NCBI GenBank assembly: GCA_965235115.1
Contig: OZ249436.1
Location: forward strand, 16,866,001-16,930,000
Source of the DNA: Laetmonice hystrix
Taxonomy: Eukaryota
DNA length: 64,000 bases
Reading direction: 5' to 3'
This document shows positions 1 to 10,960 of the stretch, piece after piece. Every line of letters starts with the position of its first letter. The first letter of the stretch is position 1. The translations under genes and the position numbers were made by a program. The notes under the pieces were generated by a model, which did no database searches, was not told the DNA's origin, and saw only the letters and a list, made by a program, of their open reading frames with translations.

Positions 1-409
1 CCCAAATCCGTGTCCACCCTAATATATCCTACACCCTGATGTCGGTAGGTTTAATTCCTAGCGACTCCTCATCACTATCGATGGTTTCCAACTATGTTCT
101 AACAAATAAATATGGCTCATGTCAGCTGTCAACGTTTGCTACCTTTCGAACCGATCAACGCCTCATGTCTGTCAGTTTTTAGTTCCTCCCAAACTGGAGA
201 GCAGTCGTGCTGTTATTGGTTTAGACCATGTTTAGACCCATGACGCAAAAATAGCAGACGCTATGGCGGTATCCACCCGCTGAGCTGGCTCCGGCACTAA
301 AATCCTTTTAACTATTTGAGCACCAAATGTGTTCAATTTTTTTCCAACTTGCTTAGAATTTCACGGCCTGTGTACTTGACCTGTACAAACTGGCGAATTT
401 ACTTTCGCT
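1..409 (-). mobile_element. Partial copy of a non-autonomous DNA transposon with a TTAA-flanked AG terminus (Kolobok-like); same family as 41916-43152
   Basis: Reverse complement of 1-409 aligns by eye with about 41916-42300 (e.g. GGTGGATACCGCCATAGCGTCTGCTA, CTCTCCAGTTTGGGAGGAACTAAAAACTGAC); similarity ends at TTAA 410-413. Confidence 0.75.
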
Positions 410-619
410 TTAAGACTGGAATTTTAAGACTGGCTTGTGTTATGGTCACTCATTGGCTGACTTCATTTGAAGGACCAATCATAAGCTCTGAAACAATAGA
501 TCAGTCTTAAGATTTGAATCTTAAGACTCTGTTTTTAAACTAAAAACCAGGGCCAGGGTCAGGTTTACCGAAAACGAGGAATTCGTTTCGTTATTTTGTG
601 ATTTTGTTGCGTCCCCCAG

Positions 620-3600
620 GTTTACTCCAAGTCAAACCGAGTTCCGGTCCAGGTCGGTTTCCGGTTCATCGTGCCCAATGACCTCCGGGACAGGGAATGG
701 CGGGAAAAATACGTGGAGGACAAGAGTGTCCTTGATGGCACCACCCCACCACCGACCACCACCACTACCACCACCACCACCACCACATCACCTACAACTA
801 CCACCACAACCACAACTACACCACCACCCACAACAACCACCACCACCACCACAACACCACCTATCACAACGACTTGGGAGCCCACCACCACCACCACCAC
901 CACCACCACCACCACCACAGCGCCCCCTACCGAGAAGTTGGAGCACAATATGAAGGAGGTTGTAGAGAATGAGGTGGAGAAGGTGGCCGACCATACGTAC
1001 ATGTGGCGGTTCGTCGACTGGTCACCCTGTAGTGTCACCTGTGGCGAGGGTAAGTCTGCACTCACTCATTTAATACCATTGACCAGCAAATACTTGAGAG
1101 TGGCACTTTGGTGAGATCTGAATTTGCAGTGTTCATTTAGTATTTGAGCGCTGTGGTTGTGTTCCAGGCGAACAGAGGGTGATGATGTCGTGTGTCCTCT
1201 CGGCGAACGGAGCCCCAGTGGCCGACACTGCGTGTAACCGGATCCCGCGTCCCGACACCCACGTCCAGCCCTGCGTAAAACCGGCCTGCCAGGCCCTCCA
1301 ACCCTACAGGTCAGTGTGAACCCGGCCTGCCAGACCCTCCAACCGTACAGGTCAGTGTGACCCCGGCCTGCCAGGCCCTCCAACCCTACAGGTCAGTGTG
1401 AGTCCGGCCTGCCGGGCCCTCCAACCCTACAAGTCAGTGTGAGCCCGGCCTGCCAGACCCTCCAACCCTACAGGTCAGTGTGAGCCCAGCCTGCCAGGCC
1501 CTCCAACCCTACAGATCAGTGTGAGCCCGGCCTGCCAGGCCCTCCAACCCTACAGGTCAGTGTGAGCCCGGCCTCGCCTGCCAGACCCTCCAACCCTACA
1601 GGTCAGTGTGAGCCCGGCCTGCCAGGCCCTCCAACCCTACAGGTCAGTGTGAGCCCGGTCTGCCAGGCCCTCCAATCCTACAGGTCAGTGTGATCCCGAC
1701 CTGCCAGGCCCTCCAGGTCAGTGTGAGCCCAACTTCGCCTGCCAGGCCCTCCAACCCTACAGGTCAGTGTGAGCCCGACTTCGCCGGCCAGGCCCTCCAA
1801 CCCTACAGGTCAGTGTAAGCCCGACTTCGCCTGCCAGGCCCTTCAACCCTACAGGTCAGTGTGAGCCCGACCTGCCAGGCCCTCCAACCCTACAGGTCAG
1901 TGTGAGCCCGGCCTGCCAGGCCCTCCAACCCTACAGGTCAGTGTGAGCCCGGCCTCGCCTGCCAGACCCTCCAACCCTACAGGTCAGTGTGAGCCCTGCC
2001 TGCCAGGCCCTCCAACCCTACAGATCAGTGTGAGCCCGGCCTGCCAGGCCCTCCAACCCTACAGGTCAGTGTGAGCCCGGCCTGCCAGGCCCTCCAACCC
2101 TACAGGTCAGTGTGAGCCCGGCATGCCAGGCCCTCCAGGTCACTGTGAGCCCGGTCTGCCAGGCCCTCCAACCAGCCCGGCCTACCAGGCCCTCCAGATC
2201 ATTGTGAGCCCGGCCTGCCAGGCCCTACACATCAGCCTTTAGGGATTTATATGAGAAAAAAATCCAACTTTTATTACTAGAATACCCTCTGAACGCTAAT
2301 CGTCAAGACCCCTTCATATTTAAACGTATTGTATACACCCAGACAAATTTAATATAAATTCAAGCTAATAGTATTCGCAATAGTGGACACGCCAAAAGGA
2401 GTTTATACCGCCTTTATTGTATGTCCCTACCGACTGAGGAGGGGCAGGTAGGCTGTGCCCACCGAACCCAACCCACATACAAAACGATCACTGTACAAAG
2501 GTTCACTGGTATATCAACACTCTCCCCGCTCGCACTCACGGAGACGTACCCGCTGAGCCCAACAGGGGGCGCCGTTGTAGACACAACCCTACTTGTACAC
2601 TGAGAGAGATAAACGGTGCTATAACTATGCTGGACGACTTCCGTACAGTACTCTCGGGTCGGGGGTGGGGGGGGGGGGGGTGCTGGCTGCTGTCTGCCAT
2701 CTCCTCGCCTCCCCCTCCCCTCCTTCTCCCTGAGGCGGCAGATCATATCAACGACAGGACATACCTCCTTATACTGGCCGTACATAACACTGGCCCGACC
2801 ATGGCGAGGTCGGCTTACAAAATGTCAGTTAAAATGTTTATAACAGTCGGAAACAACACTTCTAATGTAAAAAGTTACCAAAGGCCGCTACGTCGGCACG
2901 GATTCAAAAGACATGACAAAATATGAATTTCTCCTATATAAAACTGACCCGCTCTGTGAATAACCTGACCTATGTATGACCTAATAACCTGACCTTGAAT
3001 GTATGACCTGTCACAGACATCTGACCCTTGGTGCCTACGCACCTGGTCAACAGTCCAAAGTGGAAAACGGAGTATTACCAAAAAGGTTGTTAGCCCCCCC
3101 CCCCTCCTCCGGTAAACTTACCTGGAAAAACGGTTACATTTACATGGATCACACTGAAGAAAATGCTGTGGTCCTCCTGTACACAGACCCCCCCCCCCCC
3201 CACCTCCAGTACCCGACATCCATCCTACAGCAGACGGCCAGACTGCCAAGTCTGTTGTATTTGACCACCACCAGACGTCGCCAGAGACTAATCTCCGGGT
3301 TACCACACTATCAACCTCTGCCTCCTACAGGGACATGGAGCATCGAAATATTAAAACCTTTCATTTTTTTTATTTCTTTTGGAGAAATAATGGTTAAAAC
3401 TTAAGGATCCTTGACCGTGATGTCTGGTTTATTGTGAAAGTTTACAAGGGGAATAATCAGGACAATACACCACCTCTACCGCCACCTGTTGGACCCAGAA
3501 TAAATCACTGTACTGCCTTCACAGTCGGACCTCCTTACTCAAGTTTTCTTGTTCCCCTCAAACTACTGTATCTTCTTTGAGTGAACCTCACTAACGGAAC

Positions 3601-6600
3601 AGAACAAGTAAATGTAAAGTTAAATATCATAATATCGTTTGCTTTTCACTACAACATAGGGAAAAATCGATAACATAGATTACAACATTTCGGCTGGCTT
3701 ATCAAGTTATTGGTGGTCATCTCATGAAGTTTGTCTCGATTAGTGCCAGAGAGATTCTGATAAAACTCAGACTACGCAAAATTACATCTGCAACTCATAC
3801 AACGTGTATGAAGTAAAAATTGAGCGAAAAACGGTAAGATGATAATAGCCTTCAGTTCATGGAATCTGGCTACAATATAAAGGGCAAAATTTGAAAACAT
3901 AGAGGCTGGCGAACGAACTTCATCTCCAAATGGACCAGGGAACCAGGCCAGTTATCCTACTGGGCCAGGGAACCAGGCCGGAATCTCCCTTTGGACCAGG
4001 GAACCAGGCCGGGATATTCCACTGGACCGGGGAATTAGGCCGGAATCTCCCGTTGGACCAGGGAACCAGGCCGGGATATCCAATTGTATCAGGGAACCCG
4101 GCCAGGATATCCCACTGGACCAGGGAACCAGGCCGGGATATCCAACTGGATCAGGGAACCAGGCCAGGATATCCCACTGGACCAGGGAACCAGGCCGGGA
4201 TATCTCACTGGACCGGGGAACTAGGCCGGAATCTCCCTTTGGACCAAAGAACCAGGCTGGGATATCCCACTGGACCAGAGAGCCAGGCCAGGATATCCCA
4301 CTGGACCAGGGAACCAGGCCGGGATATCCCACTGGACCAGAGAACCAGGCTGGGAGCTCCCTTTGGACCAGGCAGCCATGCTTCCATGGCTCCTATAGCA
4401 ATATGTTAACTGATTTGTTCTTCAAAGTCAGTCATTTCTATTTGAATAATTTTAATTAGTCACTGAGCTATATCCAACTGATACCATTACCAGAAACATT
4501 CACCCAGTATACCAGATATATCCACCCAGTGTACCAGACACATCCACCCAGTATAGGCACTATACTAGATACATTCACCCAGTATACCAGATACATCCAC
4601 TAAGTACACCAGAAACATCCACCCAGTATACTGGTGTTTCCACCCAGTACACCAGACACATCCACCCAGCATGCCAGACACATCCACCCAGTATACCCCA
4701 CATCCACCCAGTATACCAGACACATCCACCCAGTGTATCGGATACATCCACCAAGTATACCAGAAACATTCACTCAGTATACCAGACACATCCACCCAGT
4801 ATACCAGACACATCTACCCAGTATACCAGATACATCCCCCAGTATACCAGACACATCCACCCAGTATACAAGATCCCTCCAGCAATGACACACCTAGCGT
4901 GTAATGGTGTAAAGGGGACGATGATCAACATCAGTACAATATATCGCTATGTAACAAAATCTAACGCGGTAACATCAGCTCACAGCTCTACAACCCGTCT
5001 TGGACACGTGACAGCTCATGTTTACAACCCCCATCTCCATGGTAACCACCACTTTCTATGGTTACCAACCAAACGTTAACATCAAACCATGCTGACGTTC
5101 TCCCAGTCACCCTGTGCTGCTGTGTGCCTTCCAAAAATCAAGCAATGTCATGGGAACCATGGTAACCAGGTCACCTTGTTTACATGACCACGCCACGATT
5201 AAATCCATCCTGACGTCAAATCCCACGACATCATCTTTTCCTCTCCCTGCTTCCATCAACGTTTTCACTAACTAATCCACCCATACTCCCAATAGTTCCA
5301 TGGAGATATGGTTTTTTTAATATCCCTGATATCGTTTTCAAAGCCAAGTTTAAAAATGTAACTATGGGTTTCTCGTAACCTGTCGCCATGGTAACATAGC
5401 CTCAGGTCACCTTGACCACAAGGCTACGTTACTATTATATATATCCTTCCTCCAAGCTCACTTCCTACCAGATGAGTCCATTAACACCAGACTATTGTGT
5501 CACCCTGGTATCGGCATTTACCAGGAAATTATGTTTAAAATAAATAATGGACCAATCTGAGAGAACAGCCAACCTGTGACGAACGGATCTTGTCCCTCTC
5601 TAGCAGACTCTGAGAACGCAGTACTGTTCACTGCACGTCAGACACCATAGTTCTTGAGCTGAGTTATAGAATTTCAACCTCTGACCTGGAAATGACCTTC
5701 AAACATTGGACTGTGTCCTTGGAAGGATGTCACCACATCCCTCCGCCAATCACACTCGTCGGTCACAAACACTCATTGACCAGGAATGAACAAATTAGGG
5801 CCTCCTCCACAGAGAATGTATGCGACCTTCCTTCTAACCCTTGAGCTTTAACCCATGAACCCTATTATTTTAATTCCCCACGTCCAGTGACGTCATGCTG
5901 ATTACCTGTTTAGATTCAACTCTGACTTCTGACCCTTTTCAAAAGATCAGAGGTCGCGTTTTATCCAACCATTTTTCAATTCTAGTACCACGTTCCTGAA
6001 TATTGAAACAAGTGTATTCTAATTGTTGTTTCCTTCAATGTGGAGATACCAACTGTGGTGTTCTGAGAACGACTGAGCTGCCAGCAGACCAACCCAGAGT
6101 TGGACTGTTACTCAGGGCAGTCTGAGGTAATGTTCGGGTTGTGTTAAGTAGAACCAGGTCCCTTCAGCTGCACGGCTTTCTACCCGAAAGATTATTCTAT
6201 GGGAAATCATTGTCTATTGTGTGAAAACTGAACTCTGGGAGGAGGCACTTCAAGGTCCGATGACATCACGTGTGGCATCAGTGCTGACCTCTGGCGTGGG
6301 ACTGAGGAACCGGTCGCAGTCAGTGAGATTCTCCTTCAAAAACCATCCTAGTGGCGCCACCTTTCACCTGGGAAGGAACCACATGTACTTGTGCACCATG
6401 TACGAGCCGTCGCTGTCTGTGTTGTTGGCGAAGGACGTTGAGAGAAGTTCCCAGCCATGATTGTGGAGGTGGTGAACGACGGCCATCTTGGGACACGTAC
6501 TGCTGCTGATGTTAATTGTACGATACTGGCCGTCACTCGCCTGTAAATCCTTTATTGTTTTCTCTGGCAGTGGAAGTGTCAATAAAGCAGCCTTAGCACC

Positions 6601-9046
6601 AGACAAGACCAAGCCACCATTTTTAAGTTCCGTGTGAATTCCACGTGGGGGATCGGAGTAGAACCTATAGAAGTAGGCCGTCTCCTCGAAGTCAAGGATT
6701 TCGAGGTAATAACCGGTATGTTTGGACTCCTGGTTTTTGAGGGCGCGGACGGCAGCAATCATGGCCTGGATCTGGTAGAAGTCAGCCTCAGCCTCCAATA
6801 ACTCGTGCTCTTTGAACCCCTGGGGGGTACAGAGGCGCCCTGACCTCAGAAAGTTGAGCACATGGCGGAACATTTCACCGTCACGGTCAATGAAGTAGTT
6901 TCCCTGGGTGTCAAAAGACGTTGGTACAAACTGCCCATTGAACATGGCACTGAGCATCGAGTCCTGATACTTGCAGAGTGTTGACCGCGTTGTGTTGTAA
7001 ATCACCCCGCCAACATTGAGTGTCACCACCTCGTCCGCCATCCTCCTTCTGCCTCCTCCCAACTCACAAGATCAACTCTGAAAACAAAACACAGAGTGTT
7101 TTAGTTAGACAAAATAACATGTTGACAGTGTCTGAGTTAGACAAAATAACTTATAGACATGGCATCTGAGTCTGACAAAATAACACATTGACAGTGTCTG
7201 AGTTAGAGAAAATAACATGTTGACAGTGTCTGAGTTAGACAAAATACCTTATAGACATGGCGTCTGAGTCTGACAAAATAACACATTGACAGTGTCTGAG
7301 TTAGAGAAAATAACATGTTGACAGTGTCTGAGTTAGACAAAATACCTTATAGACATGGCGTCTGAGTCTGACAAAATAACACATTGACAGTGTCTGAGTT
7401 AGAGAAAATAACATGTTGACAGTGTCTGAGTTAGACAAAATACCTTATAGACATGGCGTCTGAGTCTGACAAAATAACACATTGACAGTGTCTGAGTTAG
7501 AGAAAATAACATGTTGACAGTGTCTGAGTTAGACAAAATACCTTATAGACATGGCGTCTGAGTCTGACAAAATAACACATTGACAGTATCTGAGTTAGAG
7601 AAAATAACACATTGACAGTATCTGAGTTAGAGAAAATAACACATTGACAGTGTCTGAGTTAGACAAAATAACCTATAAACAAGGCATCTGAGTCTGATGG
7701 GTTTTATGTGCCACATTTAGTTTAGCTTTGTCCACACAGGTGGGTTGCTGATGACTGGGGATCATGTTCAGCGACATGTGGCCGCCTCGGTACAGAATCC
7801 CGCCGTGTACATTGTATGCACCAGTACTATGGGCGAGACTACCCTGTGGACCCGGTATACTGTGACATCCGCCAGATCCCACTCTACCGTCGTCCATGTC
7901 AGCGGGAACCATGCCCTGCAACCTGGCGTACTGAGGCCTGGACTCGGGTGAGTGAACATTAATTCTAATCTAAATGTCCTTTAAATCTGTCGGCTGGTGG
8001 CCACTCACCTGGAGATCTGTGTGTGATTCTATGACATTATTTATTGGACAGTGTACAATAAGTGTGTTTCAGGCACAAAAACTCATGATTCTACGGTATT
8101 ATTGATTGGTCAGTGTACAGTAATGTCTGATTCTATGACATTTTTTATTGAACAGTGTACAGTAACGTGTGGTTCAGGCACCCAAACTCGACGAGTTTAC
8201 TGTGATAAGCCATCAGATGGAAACACCTACAACTGCACTGAGAGAAAACCTTACAGTCGCCGCATCTGTAAACATCGATACTGCCGGGGTAAGCAGAGCC
8301 CTGCCTTGTTTCTGATACTGCCAGGGTAAGCGGAGCCCTGCCCTGTTTCTGATACTGCCGGGGAAAGCGGAGCCCTGCCCTGTTCCTGATACTGCCAGGG
8401 TAAGCGGATCCCTGCCCTGTTTCTGATACTGCCAGGGAAAGCGGAGCCCTGCCTTGTTTCTGATACTGCCGGGGTACGCGGAGCCCTGCCCTGTTTCTGT
8501 TTAAGGAGACAGTTAATTTTTTCCAGGCATATGCATACATTTCAAAACATTTGAGGAAACTTTATGAATAATTTCTTCAATCTTTGTTTCATTTCAGTAA
8601 GGAAAACAACAGAAGCAAAAACAACCGAGCCAACAACAACTACAACCACAGAACCTCCCACAACAGCATCCACAACAACAATTTCACCTCCAACGACTAC
8701 TACAACTACTACCACAACTACAACTACACAGCCCACCACAACTACACAGCTAACAACAACTACTCAGCCAACAACCACTACACAGGCAACATCAACTACT
8801 CCGCCAACAACCACTACACAGTCAACATCAACTAGAAGTCTGACAACACCAACTCTGTTCAGCAGCACCACGATGCCTGCACCAGACGGCAGTGAATCAA
8901 ACCCGGCCCCACCTATAGTTATCGGGGCCAGAACCCGTGCCTGCAACACAGACAAATCCTTCTTCTGCAAAATGGCTAGTCCCAAAAACTGCCAGCTGCC
9001 CCTTTACCGTAAATTCTGCTGTGCCTCTTGTGTTCCTTTATTATAA
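620..9046 (+). CDS. 3' part of an ADAMTS/ADAMTS-like extracellular protein (spacer end, Thr-rich linker, TSP1 repeats, second Thr-rich linker, C-terminal PLAC domain); 5' exons lie outside the window
   Basis: Exons 620-1049, 1168-1309, 7740-7947, 8156-8288, 8598-9046 have AG/GT boundaries and matching phases. TSP1 motifs WSPCSVTCGEG, WGSCSATCG, WTRCTVTCGSG; PLAC-like CNTDKSFFCK...CQLPLYRKFCCASC; AATAAA near 10100. Confidence 0.85.
1281..2230 (+). repeat. 41-bp minisatellite (~23 copies) whose unit spans the ADAMTS exon end and 5' splice site
   Basis: Unit CCGGCCTGCCAGGCCCTCCAACCCTACAG|GTCAGTGTGAGC; the first copy contains the true donor at 1309/1310. Confidence 0.95.
3930..4372 (+). repeat. 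~31-bp minisatellite
   Basis: Unit GGACCAGGGAACCAGGCCGGGATATCCCACT and variants. Confidence 0.9.
4488..4870 (+). repeat. ~22-bp minisatellite
   Basis: Unit CCAGACACATCCACCCAGTATA. Confidence 0.9.
6364..7041 (-). CDS. BTB/POZ (T1-type) domain KCTD protein, KCTD6/21-like, single coding exon, nested in an ADAMTS intron
   Basis: MADEVVTLNVGGVIYNTTRSTL..DSMLSAMF..GNYFIDRDGEMFRHVLNFLR..EADFYQI is a canonical KCTD BTB domain; 225 aa intact ORF; acceptor TTTTCAG just upstream (exon edge about 7077). Confidence 0.92.
   Translation of the reverse strand: MADEVVTLNVGGVIYNTTRSTLCKYQDSMLSAMFNGQFVPTSFDTQGNYFIDRDGEMFRHVLNFLRSGRLCTPQGFKEHELLEAEADFYQIQAMIAAVRALKNQESKHTGYYLEILDFEETAYFYRFYSDPPRGIHTELKNGGLVLSGAKAALLTLPLPEKTIKDLQASDGQYRTINISSSTCPKMAVVHHLHNHGWELLSTSFANNTDSDGSYMVHKYMWFLPR
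7102..7696. repeat. Higher-order minisatellite: 98-bp period made of three related 32/34/32-bp monomers
   Basis: GAGTTAGAGAAAATAACATGTTGACAGTGTCT + GAGTTAGACAAAATACCTTATAGACATGGCGTCT + GAGTCTGACAAAATAACACATTGACAGTGTCT; identical positions recur at 7201 and 7299. Confidence 0.92.
8277..8499 (+). repeat. 37-bp tandem repeat (6 copies) spanning an ADAMTS exon end and donor
   Basis: Unit GATACTGCCGGG|GTAAGCAGAGCCCTGCCTTGTTTCT starting at 8277, 8314, 8351, 8388, 8425, 8462. Confidence 0.95.
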
Positions 9047-9235
9047 CCTTGTATTAGAAACAGGAGAACCAGCAGACAGGTAACAGAGCAGCATTAAATA
9101 CAACTCTCAGAGTTCAGTAAATTATTTATCATTTGACCAGTCCGATATATCACAACTTCCAACAGCTGCCTATTGACGTTGTACCTCCAGCTTAGGAGAA
9201 AACAAAGTGATGTGACCACTTTCTATTTACCTTTG

Positions 9236-9830
9236 TCACAGTCTGAGAGATGTGACCACACTTTGGGTATCACCTCTCACAATCTAAGATCTATGTGACC
9301 ACACTTTGGGTATCACCTCTCACAATCTGAGATGTGACCACACTTTGGGTATCACCTCTCACAGTCTGAGAGATGTGACCAGACCTTGGGTATCACCTCT
9401 CACAGTCTGAGAGATGTGACCACACTTTTGGTATCATCTCTCACAATCTGAGAGATGTGACCACACTTTGGGTATCACCTCTCACAGTCTGAGAGATGTG
9501 ACCACACTTTTGGTATCACCTCTCGCAATCTGAGAGTTGTGACCACACTTTGGGTATCACCTCTCAGTCTGAAAGATGTGACCAGACCTTTGGTATCACC
9601 TCTCACAGTCTGAGAGATGTGACCACACTTTGGGTATCACTGCTTAGTCTGAGAGTGAGAGATGTGACCACACTTTGGGTATCACCTCTCACAGTCGGAG
9701 AGATGTGACCACACTTTGGGTATCACCTGTCACAATCTGAGATGTGACCACACTTTGGGTATCACCTCTCACAAACTGAGAGATGTGACCAGACCTTGAG
9801 TATCGCCTCTCACTGTCTGAGAGATGCGAC
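9236..9830 (+). repeat. ~39-41-bp minisatellite in the probable ADAMTS 3' UTR
   Basis: Unit GAGATGTGACCACACTTTGGGTATCACCTCTCACAGTCTGA; lies between the stop (9046) and AATAAA (~10100). Confidence 0.9.
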
Positions 9831-9877
9831 TACACCATGCCATCCTGTCCTAAGCCTGATCTGAAATGACCTTGCCA

Positions 9878-10030
9878 TGTTGAGAACCTTCTGAAGTGTA
9901 TCTGAGCCTGACTTGAGAAGCCTCTTCTCAAAGTTCTGTATCCAAGCCTGACTTGTGAAGCCCTTCTGAACTTTATCTGAACCAGACTTGAGAAGCCCTT
10001 CTGAACTGTATCTGAGCCTGACTGAGAGAA
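9878..10030 (+). repeat. Short degenerate ~35-bp tandem repeat
   Basis: CTGAGCCTGACTTGAGAAGCCCTTCTGAACTGTAT variants, about 4 copies. Confidence 0.7.
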
Positions 10031-10617
10031 CCCTGCTGTGTTGAGAAGTTTCTGACCTATATCTGCAGCCAGTCATCTCATGTCCCTGTCTCTCTTTGAA
10101 ATAAATGTCATTCAGCTAGCCACTGGCGTTTCTTTGATTATTACTCAATTTCTTTAAAGTACAGGATACAATTCTCTTTTCAAATTTACATTATCATTTT
10201 TTAACCTAGTTCCGATTCTTTTTCAATCTTAACTCTTTCAGTGTGTAATTTCTGTTATTCTATTCATTGAACAAACTTCAAGTTATTTTATAGGATTTTG
10301 ATTACTTTTATGTAGCGTTTCCTTGATCCCTTTGCACTGAAAGAATCAAGATGAAATTTTCACCAGATTTGGGGATAATCCCATGGGTCATTAAAATTAT
10401 TGACTAATTTTAGGGGGGTTTGGGTCTCTGGGGGTAACCAGAACTTAATGTAACTGTTGAACAAAATGTAGCAAGGCCAGTGTGTGGTTCATACCTTAAA
10501 TGTGTCAGAGCAAGTGACCTTTCTGCACCCTAGTCTTGAATCATGTCTACAACACATTACAAGATAACAAAGTCAGTTTTTTCCATTTACTTTTAAAACC
10601 AGTTGTGGGTGGGTGGG

Positions 10618-10784
10618 CAGGGGTCGAAAAAATCCAACTTTTAGCCACTAGCCCAGAGTCCTGTTGCACGGGCAAAAAGCACATTTTGTCGGACTAGTTT
10701 AATGCATTTACTTGGCTCTTGGGGGTACTCCGACCTGAAAAAATGTTAGTTCCAGGCGTCGGACTAGCAGATTTTCGACCCCTG
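10618..10784. mobile_element. MITE with CAGGGGTCGAAAA termini and 5-bp TSD
   Basis: CAGGGGTCGAAAA...TTTTCGACCCCTG flanked by GTGGG on both sides. Confidence 0.75.
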
Positions 10785-10789
10785 GTGGG

Positions 10790-10960
10790 TATTTGGGGTT
10801 TCACTTTTACATCTTGCAACAGCCAGGGTCATATCACGGCAGTGAAGATGATGATGAAAGTCAGTTTTTCATGGTGGAGGAAAGCAGAGTACATGGAGGA
10901 AACCACCGGCCTTCGGGAAGGAACTGACTGACAAACCTTCCGCACATAAACCGTTTGTGG
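10790..10960 (-). mobile_element. SINE remnant
   Basis: GGTGGAGGAAAGCAGAGTACATGGAGGAAACCACCGGCCTTCGG resembles the GGAGTACCCGGAGGAAACCAC segment common in invertebrate tRNA-derived SINEs; a related fragment lies at about 32200-32330. Confidence 0.5.

Noticed and set aside
622..1065. Minus-strand poly-Val ORFs (also 8542-8985) and antisense ORFs within ERCC6
   Set aside because: Shadows of Thr-rich or other genuine plus-strand coding exons.
2400..3400. Possible DIRS/tyrosine-recombinase remnant (SGLPHY..GTWS)
   Set aside because: The resemblance is too short and the catalytic motifs are missing; needs tBLASTx.
3930..4904. ORFs across the 31-bp and 22-bp repeats
   Set aside because: Unit lengths are not multiples of three, there is no domain signal, and the region is intronic.
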